NCBI GenBank assembly: GCA_965247425.1
Contig: OZ252023.1
Coordinates: 1,242,917-1,306,916 of the forward strand
Direction: 5' to 3'
Length of the DNA stretch: 64,000 nucleotides
Source: Terriglobia bacterium
Lineage (GTDB): Bacteria > Acidobacteriota > Terriglobia > 20CM-2-55-15
A program made the position numbers and the translations under genes. Of the stretch, positions 30,510 through 40,365 are shown in pieces (positions within the stretch are counted from its first letter, which is position 1; every line of letters starts with the position of its first letter). The notes beneath the pieces are model-generated. The model searched no databases. It was given only the letters and a program-made list of their open reading frames with translations, and had not been told where the DNA came from.

Positions 30510-31799
30510 CTATGCCTCGGCGCTCTCGGCTGCGTCCACGAGTATCTCGTTTTCACCTTCGCTGGTTCCGATGATCACTGCCCCGCAGGAGTCGCTGAAT
30601 ACGTTGATGGATGTGCGAACCATATCGAGTAAACGATCCGTTACCAGGATCAACCCGATGGCCTCTACAGGGAGGCCGATCGAGGTCAGAATGATCGTGA
30701 TCGCGACGAGGCTGGCCGCGGGAATGCCCGCGACACCGATCGACGTGACCAGGGCAACGAATACAACGGTGAACTGAGTCACGAAGCCGAGTTCGAGCCC
30801 ATAGGCCTGGGCGATGAACATCGCCGCGACACACTCATACAGAGCTGTCCCGTCCATGTTGACCGTCGCACCGAGGGGCAATACGAAGCTCGTAATCCGG
30901 TTCGAGACACCCGCCTTCTTCTCGACGCACTCCATTGTCAATGGAAGCGTAGCCGATGAGGATGCCGTCGAGAAGGCGGTCAGCATCGCCGAGGACATAG
31001 CTCGATAGTGGCGCCACGGATTGACTCCACCAATGAAATAAAGCAGGAGCGGAAGCGTGATCAACGTGTGCCCGAGCAGGCTGAACAGAGCCGTGAAGAA
31101 GAACGTCAACAAGGGTCTGAAAGCCTCGAAACCGGTTTGCGTGACCTCTTCGGCAACCAGGCCGAACACACCGAGCGGCGTGAACATCATGACCCAGAGG
31201 GTGATACGCATCATCGTTTCGAACACACCGTTTGCGAAACGTTGCATCGTTTTGGATAAATCCGTCTGAATCTGATTCAGGAAGTAACCAAAAAGGATGC
31301 TGAAGAAGATCAGGCCCAACATCTGGCCCTCGGCCGCGGCCGAGACGATGTTTGTCGGTACCATTCGCAGGAACAGGCCCGCCAGATCACCCGCGCCGCG
31401 GCCTTCGAACCGCGCCGCCAGGTCTCCGGACTCGTCGACGAGGCCGAGTCGCTGACCAACGGGTTCTCCGTCGATGATGCCTGGTTGCACGATGTTGACG
31501 ACTGCCAGGCCCAGAAAGATCGCCAGGAGGCTCGTTGCCACATAGTAGGCGGCCGTCTTCAGGCCCAGGCGGCCGAGGTCACTCCCGGAGCCGAGGCCGG
31601 CAACCCCGCTGATAATCGAGGACATGATCAGGGGAACGATCAGCATTCTGAGAGCGTTCAGAAACATGGTCCCCATGAAATCGTAAACGCTGAGGACAGG
31701 CAGTCCCAGGAGGCTCGTCTCCGGGGTGGTCCAGATGCCGGCCAGAGCGGCGAGTCCTATGGCGATCAGGATTTGCCAGTGCAGCTTCAGTTTTCCCAT
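30510..31799 (-). CDS. Dicarboxylate/amino acid:cation symporter (DAACS / GltP family)
   Basis: 429 aa with 8-10 transmembrane segments. Family-typical motif ...VNMDGTALYECVAAMFIAQAYG... Confidence 0.85.
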   Translation of the reverse strand: MGKLKLHWQILIAIGLAALAGIWTTPETSLLGLPVLSVYDFMGTMFLNALRMLIVPLIMSSIISGVAGLGSGSDLGRLGLKTAAYYVATSLLAIFLGLAVVNIVQPGIIDGEPVGQRLGLVDESGDLAARFEGRGAGDLAGLFLRMVPTNIVSAAAEGQMLGLIFFSILFGYFLNQIQTDLSKTMQRFANGVFETMMRITLWVMMFTPLGVFGLVAEEVTQTGFEAFRPLLTFFFTALFSLLGHTLITLPLLLYFIGGVNPWRHYRAMSSAMLTAFSTASSSATLPLTMECVEKKAGVSNRITSFVLPLGATVNMDGTALYECVAAMFIAQAYGLELGFVTQFTVVFVALVTSIGVAGIPAASLVAITIILTSIGLPVEAIGLILVTDRLLDMVRTSINVFSDSCGAVIIGTSEGENEILVDAAESAEA

Positions 31800-32196
31800 G
31801 GTCTTGTCCCTGCTCCTGTGGGTGTGGTCTGTAGAATGGAAACGGTCGAATAGTATAGGAGAACCGAAGGAGGGTCAATCCGCAGCGGAAGGATCAAATA
31901 AAAGGGAAGGGGGATGGCCGTCTATGAGTTCCCGGCGATCGGAGGCTTCGTCGGAGAATTTCGTTCCGAATGCTTCCCTTCGAGTTCGGACACCGATAGC
32001 CCTCCCGCTGAACAGCACCCCGCCGAATGATCGTAATAGTCCGTCAGGAAGACGTTGATTCTTTCGATAATCCGGCGCAGCCTGGCCAACATGCTCGAAG
32101 TGTATCACAGCGCCCTGCGCGCGGCCCCAGACGCTACGGGTCCCGGTGTGCGAGGGGCCGTTCCGAGCCCCCCGCGGTTCACAGATCTACGTGACC

Positions 32197-32391
32197 CTAT
32201 TTGATCTTGTGGTGACCGCCGTGGCCACCGCCGCCATGGCCGCCGCCGTTGCCACCGCCGCCGTTGCCGCCGCCACCATCAGGGTCCCATCTCATGAACG
32301 GGAACACCGTATCGCTGGGTGCGATCTTCTGTTCAAGCTCTTCAATTGTGGTTTCGAGTTGGAGTTCGAGTCCTTCGATCTTCGGATCCAT
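32197..32391 (-). CDS. Small Gly/His-rich peptide, paralog 1 (64 aa) with a conserved leader-like N-terminus
   Basis: SD GGAGGA then ATG. MDPKIEGLELQLETTIEELEQKIAPSDTVFPFMRWDPDGGGGNGGGGNGGGHGGGGHGGHHKIK. Shares the N-terminal 40 aa pattern with the ORF at 33674-33907. Confidence 0.6.
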   Translation of the reverse strand: MDPKIEGLELQLETTIEELEQKIAPSDTVFPFMRWDPDGGGGNGGGGNGGGHGGGGHGGHHKIK

Positions 32392-32426
32392 CCTGTTGTC
32401 CTCCATGACAAGTGAGAATTCCTCAG

Positions 32427-32459
32427 TGCTTATCCTACGGGGACACCCGAAATGTAAAG
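32427..32459 (-). promoter_or_regulatory. Conserved 34-nt upstream motif (copy 1), coding-strand CTTTACAnnnnGGRTGTCCCCGTAGGATAARCAC, about 30 nt upstream of the small-peptide start
   Basis: 28 of 34 nt are identical to the motif at 34111-34144. It contains a TTTACA (-35-like) and a GGATAA segment, so it could be a promoter or a 5'-UTR element. Confidence 0.5.
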
Positions 32460-32739
32460 GGATTTTCTGATAAACATACGGATTGTATACAAATAGGAGC
32501 GAGCGGTAACGACTTGGAAAACCGGCGGATTAAATGGGAAAGGGCCAACTTCTCGCTGCATTCACTTAGCCATGGCTTCCATGAATGCGCCAAGTTGGTT
32601 ATCGGCCAAACCCTCGATCGTTAGGTTCTTTTTCAATGTCTGGCCAGACTGCGGGTTGCCCCACATTCCGCCCGGACATCGTGCCGTTAATCGACTTGGT
32701 TGCGGTCAATCGACCCCTTCCACGAAAGAGATAATGCGC

Positions 32740-32815
32740 CTTTGATTTGCGTCTGTCAACGCGAAAGATTTGCAGGATCTGGGCGCGAAATCTGCGTCTT
32801 TTCTTGCCTCGAAAA
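32740..32815. repeat. Degenerate copy of the family-3 palindromic repeat, in a lower-GC intergenic region
   Basis: tttgcgtctgtcaacgcgaaag...gcgcgaaatctgcgtcttttc resembles the arms of the family-3 copies. Confidence 0.4.
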
Positions 32816-32957
32816 CCGGGGTCTTTTGCCTCTAATATTTACCCTCTCGAGGTGTCTGTCGAAGATGACATTTGATGTCATACCGCTAACCAAAGCCTTC
32901 TGGTAATGTCCAAGTTTTAGAGAGCGATCCGCGCTCATTCACCATTGGAGGTCCCTT

Positions 32958-33587
32958 ATGCGACATGCTCTGATCGGTCTGGCAATGACGACGATCTGTG
33001 GTCCCTTCCTGTCGTCCGCGATGGCACAGGAGGAGACCTCAAACCCAGAGTACGAATACCGCGTCCTGGCGACAAATAAGACCTCGACGATGCAGAGGGA
33101 ATTGAATCAGGCGGCAAGATTCGGATTTCGCCTGGAGTCGGTCATGGGCGGTCAAACTTCCTTCGGAGGAGACGAGACCGTCGTAGTGATGTCCAGACCG
33201 CAGCAGATGTCGGCCGATGCGCGTTACGATTACCGGCTGCTGGCCACGTCCAAGACTTCGACGATGCAGAAAGAGCTACAGGAAGCAGGTGACGAAGGCT
33301 TTGAATACGTTGGGCAGACGGTTTTTAAAACAGCTTTTGGCGGTAAGGAGGTCGTCGTGATCCTGGAGCGGGACCCCGAGGCCGCCTCGGTGCGATATGA
33401 GTACAAGCTCCTGGCCACATCCAGAACGTCGACGATGGAAAAGGAACTGTCCGATCCCAGACTGAATGGATTTGCTCTGGTCGGTTTGACCGTTGCCAAG
33501 ACGAAATTTGGCCTTGGAAAATCGGAACTGGTGACGATACTTCGCCGGCCGGTACCGGAGGCGAAGTCCCTCGCGAACAATCATTAA
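32958..33587 (+). CDS. Secreted protein with three tandem repeats of about 55 aa ([18 protein letters not shown]...GF...G...FGG.E.VV...R)
   Basis: Signal peptide [23 protein letters not shown]. The three repeats are seen directly in the translation. Confidence 0.6.
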   Translation: MRHALIGLAMTTICGPFLSSAMAQEETSNPEYEYRVLATNKTSTMQRELNQAARFGFRLESVMGGQTSFGGDETVVVMSRPQQMSADARYDYRLLATSKTSTMQKELQEAGDEGFEYVGQTVFKTAFGGKEVVVILERDPEAASVRYEYKLLATSRTSTMEKELSDPRLNGFALVGLTVAKTKFGLGKSELVTILRRPVPEAKSLANNH

Positions 33588-33673
33588 CCGGCGGGGACCC
33601 GGGAGGACAGGTTAACGTGAAAAAGCCCGGGGATTAACCCGGGCTTTTCGCATTTCGAGATGGCAATTAGGGA

Positions 33674-33907
33674 CTACTTCCGGCCGCCCCGACCGCCACC
33701 ACCACCGTCGCCTTTGCCGCCCTTGCCGCCTCTTGTGGTGTCCGTATCGTCTGTGGAGTCCGTACTATCGTCCGGCGTCGTGGTGGTTCGGCCTCCGTAC
33801 GGATCGTAGATTGCCGGGAGCACTGCATCGATCTTACCCGGTGCGATCTTTGGTTCTAATTCTTCGATTTCAAGTTCAAGCTCAAACGTTAGAGTTTTCG
33901 GATCCAT
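33674..33907 (-). CDS. Small Gly-rich peptide, paralog 2 (77 aa), same leader-like N-terminus
   Basis: SD AGGAGGA then ATG. MDPKTLTFELELEIEELEPKIAPGKIDAVLPAIYDPYGGRTTTTPDDSTDSTDDTDTTRGGKGGKGDGGGGGRGGRK. Confidence 0.6.
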   Translation of the reverse strand: MDPKTLTFELELEIEELEPKIAPGKIDAVLPAIYDPYGGRTTTTPDDSTDSTDDTDTTRGGKGGKGDGGGGGRGGRK

Positions 33908-33908
33908 C

Positions 33909-34073
33909 CTATCTGTCCTCCTGACAGAGCTGCCTGTGGATGTTTGCCGCTGTTACCTTCTTGGTACCGGCCGTCCGGAGCAATGCCGCCTGAAAACCGA
34001 CGACCTGTCGCAAAGTGCAAGGTCTGATTTTCCGCGGTGATTCAGTCTCAAGTCCTTTGAAAATCGGCTCCAT
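33909..34073 (-). pseudogene. Degenerate third copy of the leader-like 5' region (MEPIFKGLETESPRKI...), immediately upstream of paralog 2
   Basis: The first 35 nt align with the start of paralogs 1 and 2 (atggakccga...aaggact.ga.ct), then diverge with no Gly-rich tail. The stop lies 1 nt before the paralog-2 ATG. Confidence 0.45.
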
Positions 34074-34110
34074 CCGAGTGTCATCCTTGACAAGTAGCTT
34101 CCGTGTCTCG

Positions 34111-34144
34111 GTGTTTATCCTACGGGGACATCCTATCTGTAAAG
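34111..34144 (-). promoter_or_regulatory. Conserved 34-nt upstream motif (copy 2), upstream of the degenerate leader copy and paralog 2
   Basis: gtgtttatcctacggggacatcctatctgtaaag versus gtgcttatcctacggggacacccgaaatgtaaag at 32427. Confidence 0.5.
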
Positions 34145-34274
34145 TCATTTCTGTCGATCGCCAGCCAGGTGTGCGATCATGGTGTTCTTTCCGAACTCAA
34201 ATCGCCAATCCCAAGCCCCGGTCTGGCCCGGAGGCCGGCCAGTGCATTCGAACATCTATCAGTGGAGAGCCTCA

Positions 34275-37200
34275 ATGAACTTCCGTCACAGATACTCCAT
34301 CGTCTTTCCGGCCTTGCTCGGCCTGGTATTTCTCGTCGCTGGTCTCAGCGCGGACCCGGTGGTCCCGACACGGCAATCCGTCGCCGAGGAGATGGAGGAC
34401 GACAAGGACGAGGATGAGGTTCCTCTCCCGATCGAAGACGCCCGCCGGCTTACCTACACCGCGGATGAAGTGTCCTGGATGTCGGTGGACGTCAGCCCGG
34501 ACGGGGAAACAGTCGTTTTCGACCTGCTCGGCGACCTCTACACGATGCCGATGTCCGGTGGCGCGGCAACGCGACTGACCGACGGCATGGCCTTTGACGG
34601 CCAGCCTCGCTTCAGCCCGGACGGAAGCGAGGTGGTCTTTACGTCGGACGGCAACGGCGGTGAGAACCTCTGGATCATCAATCTCGAGAGCAATGAAAGC
34701 CGCGCTGTGACCGAGGCGAAGAGCCACCGGTACCAGTCCCCGGAGTGGACGCCCGATGGCGACTACATCGTGGTGTCGCGGGCCGGCGTGCGTACGGGCA
34801 ACCATAAGCTTTGGATGTTTCACAAGGACGGGGGCTCGGGCGTCCAACTGGTCAAAGAACCGGACAATTTGAAGACGATCGGGCCGGCGTTCGGTTCCGA
34901 TTCCCGCTACATCTGGTATTCCCAGCGCACCGGGGACTGGCAGTACAACGCAATATTTCCGCAGTACCAGTTGGCGGTTTATGACCGCGACTCCGGGAAA
35001 AGACTGACGAAATCTTCCCGATTCGGTTCCGCGTTCCGGCCGACGCTTTCCTCCGATGGGCGATGGCTTGTTTACGGAACCAGGCACGATGCGCAAACCG
35101 GGTTGCGCCTGCGCGACCTGGAAACAGGTGAAGAACGATGGCTGGCCTACCCCGTCCAGCGCGACGACCAGGAGTCCCGGGCGACGCGGGATGTCCTTCC
35201 GGGCATGTCTTTCACTCCCGATTCCACGGAACTGGTGGTTTCCTACGGTGGAAAGCTATGGGCGCTTCCCGTCAACGGCACAGCGGCACGCGCGATTCAG
35301 TTCACCGCCGACGTCGACATCGGGATCGGTCCAGAACTGGACTTCGATTATCCGGTCGACAGCGCTCCGACGTTTGTGACTCGGCAGATTCGTGATGCCG
35401 TCCCGTCACCGGACGGCGAGCAACTGGCCTTCGTCTCGATGGATCGGTTGTATGTGATGGAGTATCCGAACGGAACTCCGCGCCGCTTGACCGACATGGA
35501 CGTTGTCGAAGCGCAGCCCGCCTGGTCTCCCGACGGTGGTGCCCTGGTCTATTCCATCTGGTCGACCGATGGCGGGCATCTGTATCGGGTCGCGGTGAAC
35601 CCACCCGCCGCCCCAGAGCGCCTGACCGGGATCGCGGGACTCTATAGACAGCCCGCCTGGTCGTCCAACGGCGACAGGATAGCCTTCATCCAGGACACTT
35701 CACAGGCCTTCCGGGACAACACGGGATCCAGAATTTCCGGGGCCACCGCGGAGCTGGCCTGGATCCCCGCAGGCGGTGGAGAAGCGACCCTCATCGGTCC
35801 GGCTGAGGGAAGAAGCGCACCCCACTTTACGAGCGACGCGGATCGGATCCACCTCTACAGTTCCAGCAAGGGTCTGATTTCAATCCGATGGGACGGAACC
35901 GACGAACGCGAGCACATCAAGGTGACCGGCGTGAAGCCGCCGGACGCAGAGGATGCCCCCGCGGCTTCGCTCACCTTGATGAGTCCGGACGGCAAACAGG
36001 CCCTTGCCGAGGTGAACAACGAGCTCTACGTGGTGACCGTGCCATACGTCGGAGGGGACACGCCCACCGTTTCGGTTTCCGACCCGGAGAAGGCTGCTTT
36101 TCCGGCGACGAAGCTGACCCAGATTGGAGGACAGTTCCCGGTCTGGAGCCCGGACGGTACCCGGGTGCAGTGGTCGATCGGAAATGCGCATGTCGTTTAC
36201 GATCTGGGCGATGCGAAGGAGTTTGAAGTCCAGCAGGCTGCCGATCAGGAAGCCGAAGAGGAAGGGGACGCCGCCGCAGATGGAGACGAGGAGGAGGCCA
36301 GGTACGAACCAGAGGAAACACGCATCCTGATCGAGACCCGGCGGGACATTCCCGAGGGTGTCGCCGTTCTTCGTGGAGCGCGTGTGATCACCATGCGCGA
36401 TGACGAAGTCATCGAAAACGCGGATGTGGTGGTTCGCAACAATCGAATCGAAGCGGTCGGAGTCCAGGGGAGTCTTGACGTGCCTGATGGAGCCCGAATC
36501 ATCGATGTCGACGGCAAGACGATCATGCCCGGCCTGGTCGACACCCATGCCCACATGTGGCCCAACTGGGAGATCCACAAGTCCCAGGCCTGGATGTATG
36601 CCGCGAACCTGGCCTACGGCGTGACGACGACTCGAGATCCTCAGACTGCGACAACGGACGTTCTGAGTTACGGCGACCACGTCGAAGCCGGCAACATGCT
36701 GGGCCCCCGGATCTATTCAACGGGCCCGGGCGTGTTCTGGAACGACCAGGTCCAGGATCTGGATCACGCCCGGCGAATCATGCAGCGCTACAGCAAGTAC
36801 TACGACACGAAGACGATCAAGATGTACGTGGCGGGGAACCGGCAGCAACGCCAATGGATTCTGATGGCGGCCCGCGAGCAGGAACTGATGCCGACAACCG
36901 AGGGCTCGTTGAACCTGAAGCTGAACATGACCGAGTTCATCGACGGCTACCCCGGTCAGGAACATTCCTTGCCGATTTTCCCGCTCTACAGCGATCTCGC
37001 AAAGCTGGTCGCCGCCTCACGGACGGTTTACACCCCGACACTCCTGGTCGCGTATGGCGGCCCCTGGGCCGAGAACTACTTCTACACCCGGGAGCAGCCA
37101 CACAACGATCCCAAGCTCGCTCATTTTACGCCTCACGAGGAACTGGACCGCAGGACCCGGCGCCGAGGCCAGGGAGCCGGCCCGGGCCCGGGTGGCTGGT

Positions 37201-37643
37201 TTATGGACGAGGAGCATGTTTTTAGTGGGTTGGCGGCATTTGTCCGAGATCTCGTGGCCGAAGGGGGCCGCGCGGGTATCGGCAGCCACGGCCAACTTCA
37301 GGGTCTGGGTTATCACTGGGAACTGTGGGCGATGCAATCGGGTGGACTGTCCAACCACGCCGCGCTGCATCTGGCTACGGACGTGGGCGCCGACGCTATC
37401 GGCCTGGACAACGACCTGGGCTCGATCCAGGCCGGCATGCTGGCGGACCTGGTCGTGCTGGACGCCAATCCCCTCGACGATATCCGGAACAGCAACACCG
37501 TTCGATACGTGATGAAGAACGGTCGGCTGTACGAAGGCGACACGCTCGATGAGATCTATCCCCGGAATCGGTCGGCAGCGCCATTCTGGTGGCAGATGGA
37601 GAAGTCTCCCGACGGCGTGCCCGGGTTGGGGTCGGACCGCTAG
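34275..37643 (+). CDS. Secreted TolB-like beta-propeller (PD40 repeats) fused to an amidohydrolase-family domain
   Basis: Signal peptide MNFRHRYSIVFPALLGLVFLVAGLSA. PD40-type repeats (RFSPDGSEVVFTSD...). C-terminal metal-dependent hydrolase motifs (MPGLVDTHAHMW..., GSHGQ). Confidence 0.75.
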   Translation: MNFRHRYSIVFPALLGLVFLVAGLSADPVVPTRQSVAEEMEDDKDEDEVPLPIEDARRLTYTADEVSWMSVDVSPDGETVVFDLLGDLYTMPMSGGAATRLTDGMAFDGQPRFSPDGSEVVFTSDGNGGENLWIINLESNESRAVTEAKSHRYQSPEWTPDGDYIVVSRAGVRTGNHKLWMFHKDGGSGVQLVKEPDNLKTIGPAFGSDSRYIWYSQRTGDWQYNAIFPQYQLAVYDRDSGKRLTKSSRFGSAFRPTLSSDGRWLVYGTRHDAQTGLRLRDLETGEERWLAYPVQRDDQESRATRDVLPGMSFTPDSTELVVSYGGKLWALPVNGTAARAIQFTADVDIGIGPELDFDYPVDSAPTFVTRQIRDAVPSPDGEQLAFVSMDRLYVMEYPNGTPRRLTDMDVVEAQPAWSPDGGALVYSIWSTDGGHLYRVAVNPPAAPERLTGIAGLYRQPAWSSNGDRIAFIQDTSQAFRDNTGSRISGATAELAWIPAGGGEATLIGPAEGRSAPHFTSDADRIHLYSSSKGLISIRWDGTDEREHIKVTGVKPPDAEDAPAASLTLMSPDGKQALAEVNNELYVVTVPYVGGDTPTVSVSDPEKAAFPATKLTQIGGQFPVWSPDGTRVQWSIGNAHVVYDLGDAKEFEVQQAADQEAEEEGDAAADGDEEEARYEPEETRILIETRRDIPEGVAVLRGARVITMRDDEVIENADVVVRNNRIEAVGVQGSLDVPDGARIIDVDGKTIMPGLVDTHAHMWPNWEIHKSQAWMYAANLAYGVTTTRDPQTATTDVLSYGDHVEAGNMLGPRIYSTGPGVFWNDQVQDLDHARRIMQRYSKYYDTKTIKMYVAGNRQQRQWILMAAREQELMPTTEGSLNLKLNMTEFIDGYPGQEHSLPIFPLYSDLAKLVAASRTVYTPTLLVAYGGPWAENYFYTREQPHNDPKLAHFTPHEELDRRTRRRGQGAGPGPGGWFMDEEHVFSGLAAFVRDLVAEGGRAGIGSHGQLQGLGYHWELWAMQSGGLSNHAALHLATDVGADAIGLDNDLGSIQAGMLADLVVLDANPLDDIRNSNTVRYVMKNGRLYEGDTLDEIYPRNRSAAPFWWQMEKSPDGVPGLGSDR

Positions 37644-37672
37644 GACGATCCGGCCAATGGTAAAGTGGAACC

Positions 37673-38116
37673 ATGAATTCGGTCGTCTGTCGAATTTGTG
37701 GGAACCACATCAGCCCGCGGGCCCGAGCGTGCCCACACTGCGGATCCGTGGTAGGTTCGGGATCGGTTCCGGGTCGGCGCGAGAAATATCGCACAGTCAA
37801 TCTGAAGGCCGATTTGCCCACGGTTGACGAATGCTGCCGTAAGCTGCGGCTGGAACTTCATCAGGCTCGGGCAGACGGTCTGAAGGCCGTGAAGTTCATT
37901 CACGGGTACGGTTCGAGTGGTGTCGGTGGCAAGCTCCGCCACGCGGTACGTGAATCACTAGATGGACTTTCCAGACAGGGACAGCTGGGCCTGGTTGTAT
38001 ACGGCGAAGACCTTCGGGAACAGAAATCCACGCTGATCAAACGGCTCCCCCTGCTCAAGCAGGACCTCGATCTCAAACACATGAACAAGGGCGTGACGCT
38101 GGTGATCCTGAAATGA
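37673..38116 (+). CDS. Smr-domain protein with an N-terminal zinc ribbon
   Basis: CxxC...CxxC at the N-terminus. Smr-like core ([13 protein letters not shown]...[24 protein letters not shown]). Confidence 0.6.
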   Translation: MNSVVCRICGNHISPRARACPHCGSVVGSGSVPGRREKYRTVNLKADLPTVDECCRKLRLELHQARADGLKAVKFIHGYGSSGVGGKLRHAVRESLDGLSRQGQLGLVVYGEDLREQKSTLIKRLPLLKQDLDLKHMNKGVTLVILK

Positions 38117-39144
38117 CGGGAAGTGGCGAGGTCAGCCGACAAAGCCACTTTGCCGTCTGGGAGCGGCGCACGCGTCTCTGGGCTGTCGTCTTCGCGGTGT
38201 TGACCCTTGCGGTGTCCTCGCTGGTGGTCTTCCTGCTCGTCGGCTTCGGCGGTCCGGCAGGGATCGTTCTTGTTTTAGCGCTAACGTTTGGAATGTATGC
38301 CTGGGGGACCGGAAGGATTCGCCGCCGTCACGCGGTCCTTCGTGAACCTTTTCCGCCGGAATGGGAAGCGATTCTCCAGCAGGACGTCCTTTTCTTCCGA
38401 GTCCTCGATCCGGCAGGTCAGCAGCTCTTCCGTCGTCAACTGCAGGTTTTTCTGGGAGAGAAACGTATTGTCGGCATCCGGGTGGAAATCGACGCCACGA
38501 CTCGAGTTCTGGCGGCAGCAAGCGCCATTATCCCGATCTTCGGATTTCCTGACTGGGAGTGGGATGAGATCAACGAAGTGCTGGTCTACCCGACGCGGTT
38601 CGACGGCGACTTCCAGTTCGGCGACTCGGCCGGTCAGAACATCCTCGGGATGGTTGGGACCGGGAGTATGAACGGGCTGATGATCCTGTCGAAGCCGGAT
38701 CTGATCAGGGGATTCCGAAATGCGACAGACAAACGGAACGTGGGCGTCCATGAGTTCGCGCACCTGGTCGACAAGTCCGATGGGGTGATCGACGGCGTGC
38801 CCGGCGTGGGCCTCGACCGGCAGGCGATAGGCCCCTGGATTGAACTGGTGCGCCGCAAGATGGCTGAAATTGAGGCGGGGACGTCCGACATCAACCGCTA
38901 CGCGCTGACGAACGAGGCGGAGTTCTTCGCCGTGATGTCGGAATACTTCTTCGAGCGCCCGGGTGTGTTGGAACGCAAGCACCCCGAGCTCTACGCGGCG
39001 CTTGAGGGTGTTTTCAACCAGGATCTCGGCTCGCGCGCGGTGCGATGGCGGCGGGAGTTGAAGCGCGGTCGCCCGAAGTTCGGTCGGAATTCGCCGTGCC
39101 CGTGCGGTAGCGGGTTCAAGTTCAAGAAGTGTTGTCTTCAGTGA
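38113..39144 (+). CDS. Zinc-dependent peptidase of the MtfA/M90-like family with two N-terminal transmembrane helices and a C-terminal SEC-C metal-binding motif
   Basis: The ATGA start overlaps the Smr gene stop. HExxH-type motif [13 protein letters not shown]-terminal [15 protein letters not shown]. Confidence 0.6.
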   Translation: MTGSGEVSRQSHFAVWERRTRLWAVVFAVLTLAVSSLVVFLLVGFGGPAGIVLVLALTFGMYAWGTGRIRRRHAVLREPFPPEWEAILQQDVLFFRVLDPAGQQLFRRQLQVFLGEKRIVGIRVEIDATTRVLAAASAIIPIFGFPDWEWDEINEVLVYPTRFDGDFQFGDSAGQNILGMVGTGSMNGLMILSKPDLIRGFRNATDKRNVGVHEFAHLVDKSDGVIDGVPGVGLDRQAIGPWIELVRRKMAEIEAGTSDINRYALTNEAEFFAVMSEYFFERPGVLERKHPELYAALEGVFNQDLGSRAVRWRRELKRGRPKFGRNSPCPCGSGFKFKKCCLQ

Positions 39145-39185
39145 TCTTCAGGGAATCCGGAGATTCCCGCACACAGGAGGAAGTG

Positions 39186-40361
39186 ATGGGACCGTCCGTC
39201 TCACGTCTCTCAGATAACATCGCCTTTCTGCTCCTGATCGCGTCACTTTTCGCGGCGCCGGCCTTAGCACAGGAAAAGCCCAGGGACCGAGACCTCGGTG
39301 TTCCATTCGACGGGGAGCCTGGACCGCTTAATGCAATCACGGATGTCGCCGGCGTGCGGGTGGGCCATACGACCTTGATTCGCGGTGAGGGCGTTCTGCG
39401 AGTGGGCGAAGGACCGGTTCGCACCGGAGTGACCGTCATCCTGCCACGCGGAGACGATCCGGGAGATCCCGTCTTCGCGGGTTGGTTCGCTCTGAACGGG
39501 AACGGGGAAATGACCGGAACGACCTGGGTGGAAGAGTCGGGCTTTCTGGAAGGGCCTGTTGCCATCACCAACACGCACAGCGTGGGTACGGTTCGCGACG
39601 CGATCATCGGGTGGCAGGTCGGCAACGGTACGGCATTCCAGAACTTTTCGCTTCCTGTTGTCGGAGAGACTTACGACGGCGCCCTGAACGACATCAACGG
39701 CTTTCACGTCAAGGCCGAGCACGTCGTCTCCGCTCTGGACACCGCTTCATCCGGACCGGTGCCCGAAGGCAACGTGGGTGGCGGAACAGCGATGCGCTGT
39801 CTGGGATTCAAGTGCGGCATCGGAACGTCCTCGCGGGCCCGATTGGGGGCCGACAACTACACGGTGGGCGTTCTGGTACAGGCGAACTTCGGCGCCGGGG
39901 TCGCGACGATCGCCGGAGTTCCTGTCGGACGGGTGCTTCGCGAGGAGGGCAATGCCCCACCGCAGGAGATGGAAGAGGGTGGACGAGGCTCGATCATCAT
40001 CGTCGTCGCTACCGATGCACCGCTGCTCCCCCACCAGCTCAAGAGCGTTGCCCGTCGCGCATCTCTGGGCGTCGCTCGGACCGGTGGGATATCATCGAAC
40101 GGATCGGGCGACATCTTCATTGCTTTCTCGACCGCTAATCCCGGTGCGGCAAGCGCGCGTCCGAGGGCGGACGTCAGTTTCGTGAGCAACTTCGAAATCA
40201 GCCGTCTCTTTGTGGCCACGGTTGAAGCCACCGAGGAGGCGATCGTCAACGCTCTGGTCGCCGCGGAAACGATGGTCGGAAGAGATGGAAACCAGTCCGA
40301 GGCGTTGCCGCACGACCGGCTTCGGGAGATACTGAGGCGATACAACAGATTGGTTAATTGA
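39186..40361 (+). CDS. P1/S58-family peptidase (DmpA / L-aminopeptidase-like), secreted
   Basis: SD aggagg then ATG 39186. Signal peptide. S58-like blocks (GVRVGHTTL, AITNTHSVG, GIGTSSRA, TVGVLVQANFG, IIIVVATDAPL). Confidence 0.7.
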   Translation: MGPSVSRLSDNIAFLLLIASLFAAPALAQEKPRDRDLGVPFDGEPGPLNAITDVAGVRVGHTTLIRGEGVLRVGEGPVRTGVTVILPRGDDPGDPVFAGWFALNGNGEMTGTTWVEESGFLEGPVAITNTHSVGTVRDAIIGWQVGNGTAFQNFSLPVVGETYDGALNDINGFHVKAEHVVSALDTASSGPVPEGNVGGGTAMRCLGFKCGIGTSSRARLGADNYTVGVLVQANFGAGVATIAGVPVGRVLREEGNAPPQEMEEGGRGSIIIVVATDAPLLPHQLKSVARRASLGVARTGGISSNGSGDIFIAFSTANPGAASARPRADVSFVSNFEISRLFVATVEATEEAIVNALVAAETMVGRDGNQSEALPHDRLREILRRYNRLVN

Positions 40362-40365
40362 GGAG

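Noticed and set aside
32197-32391. Microcin B17-like or heterocycloanthracin-like TOMM precursor
   Set aside because: The Gly-rich core has no Cys, Ser or Thr for azole formation (paralog 1), and no YcaO, dehydrogenase or radical-SAM genes are nearby. Kept only as an unassigned leader-plus-variable-tail family.
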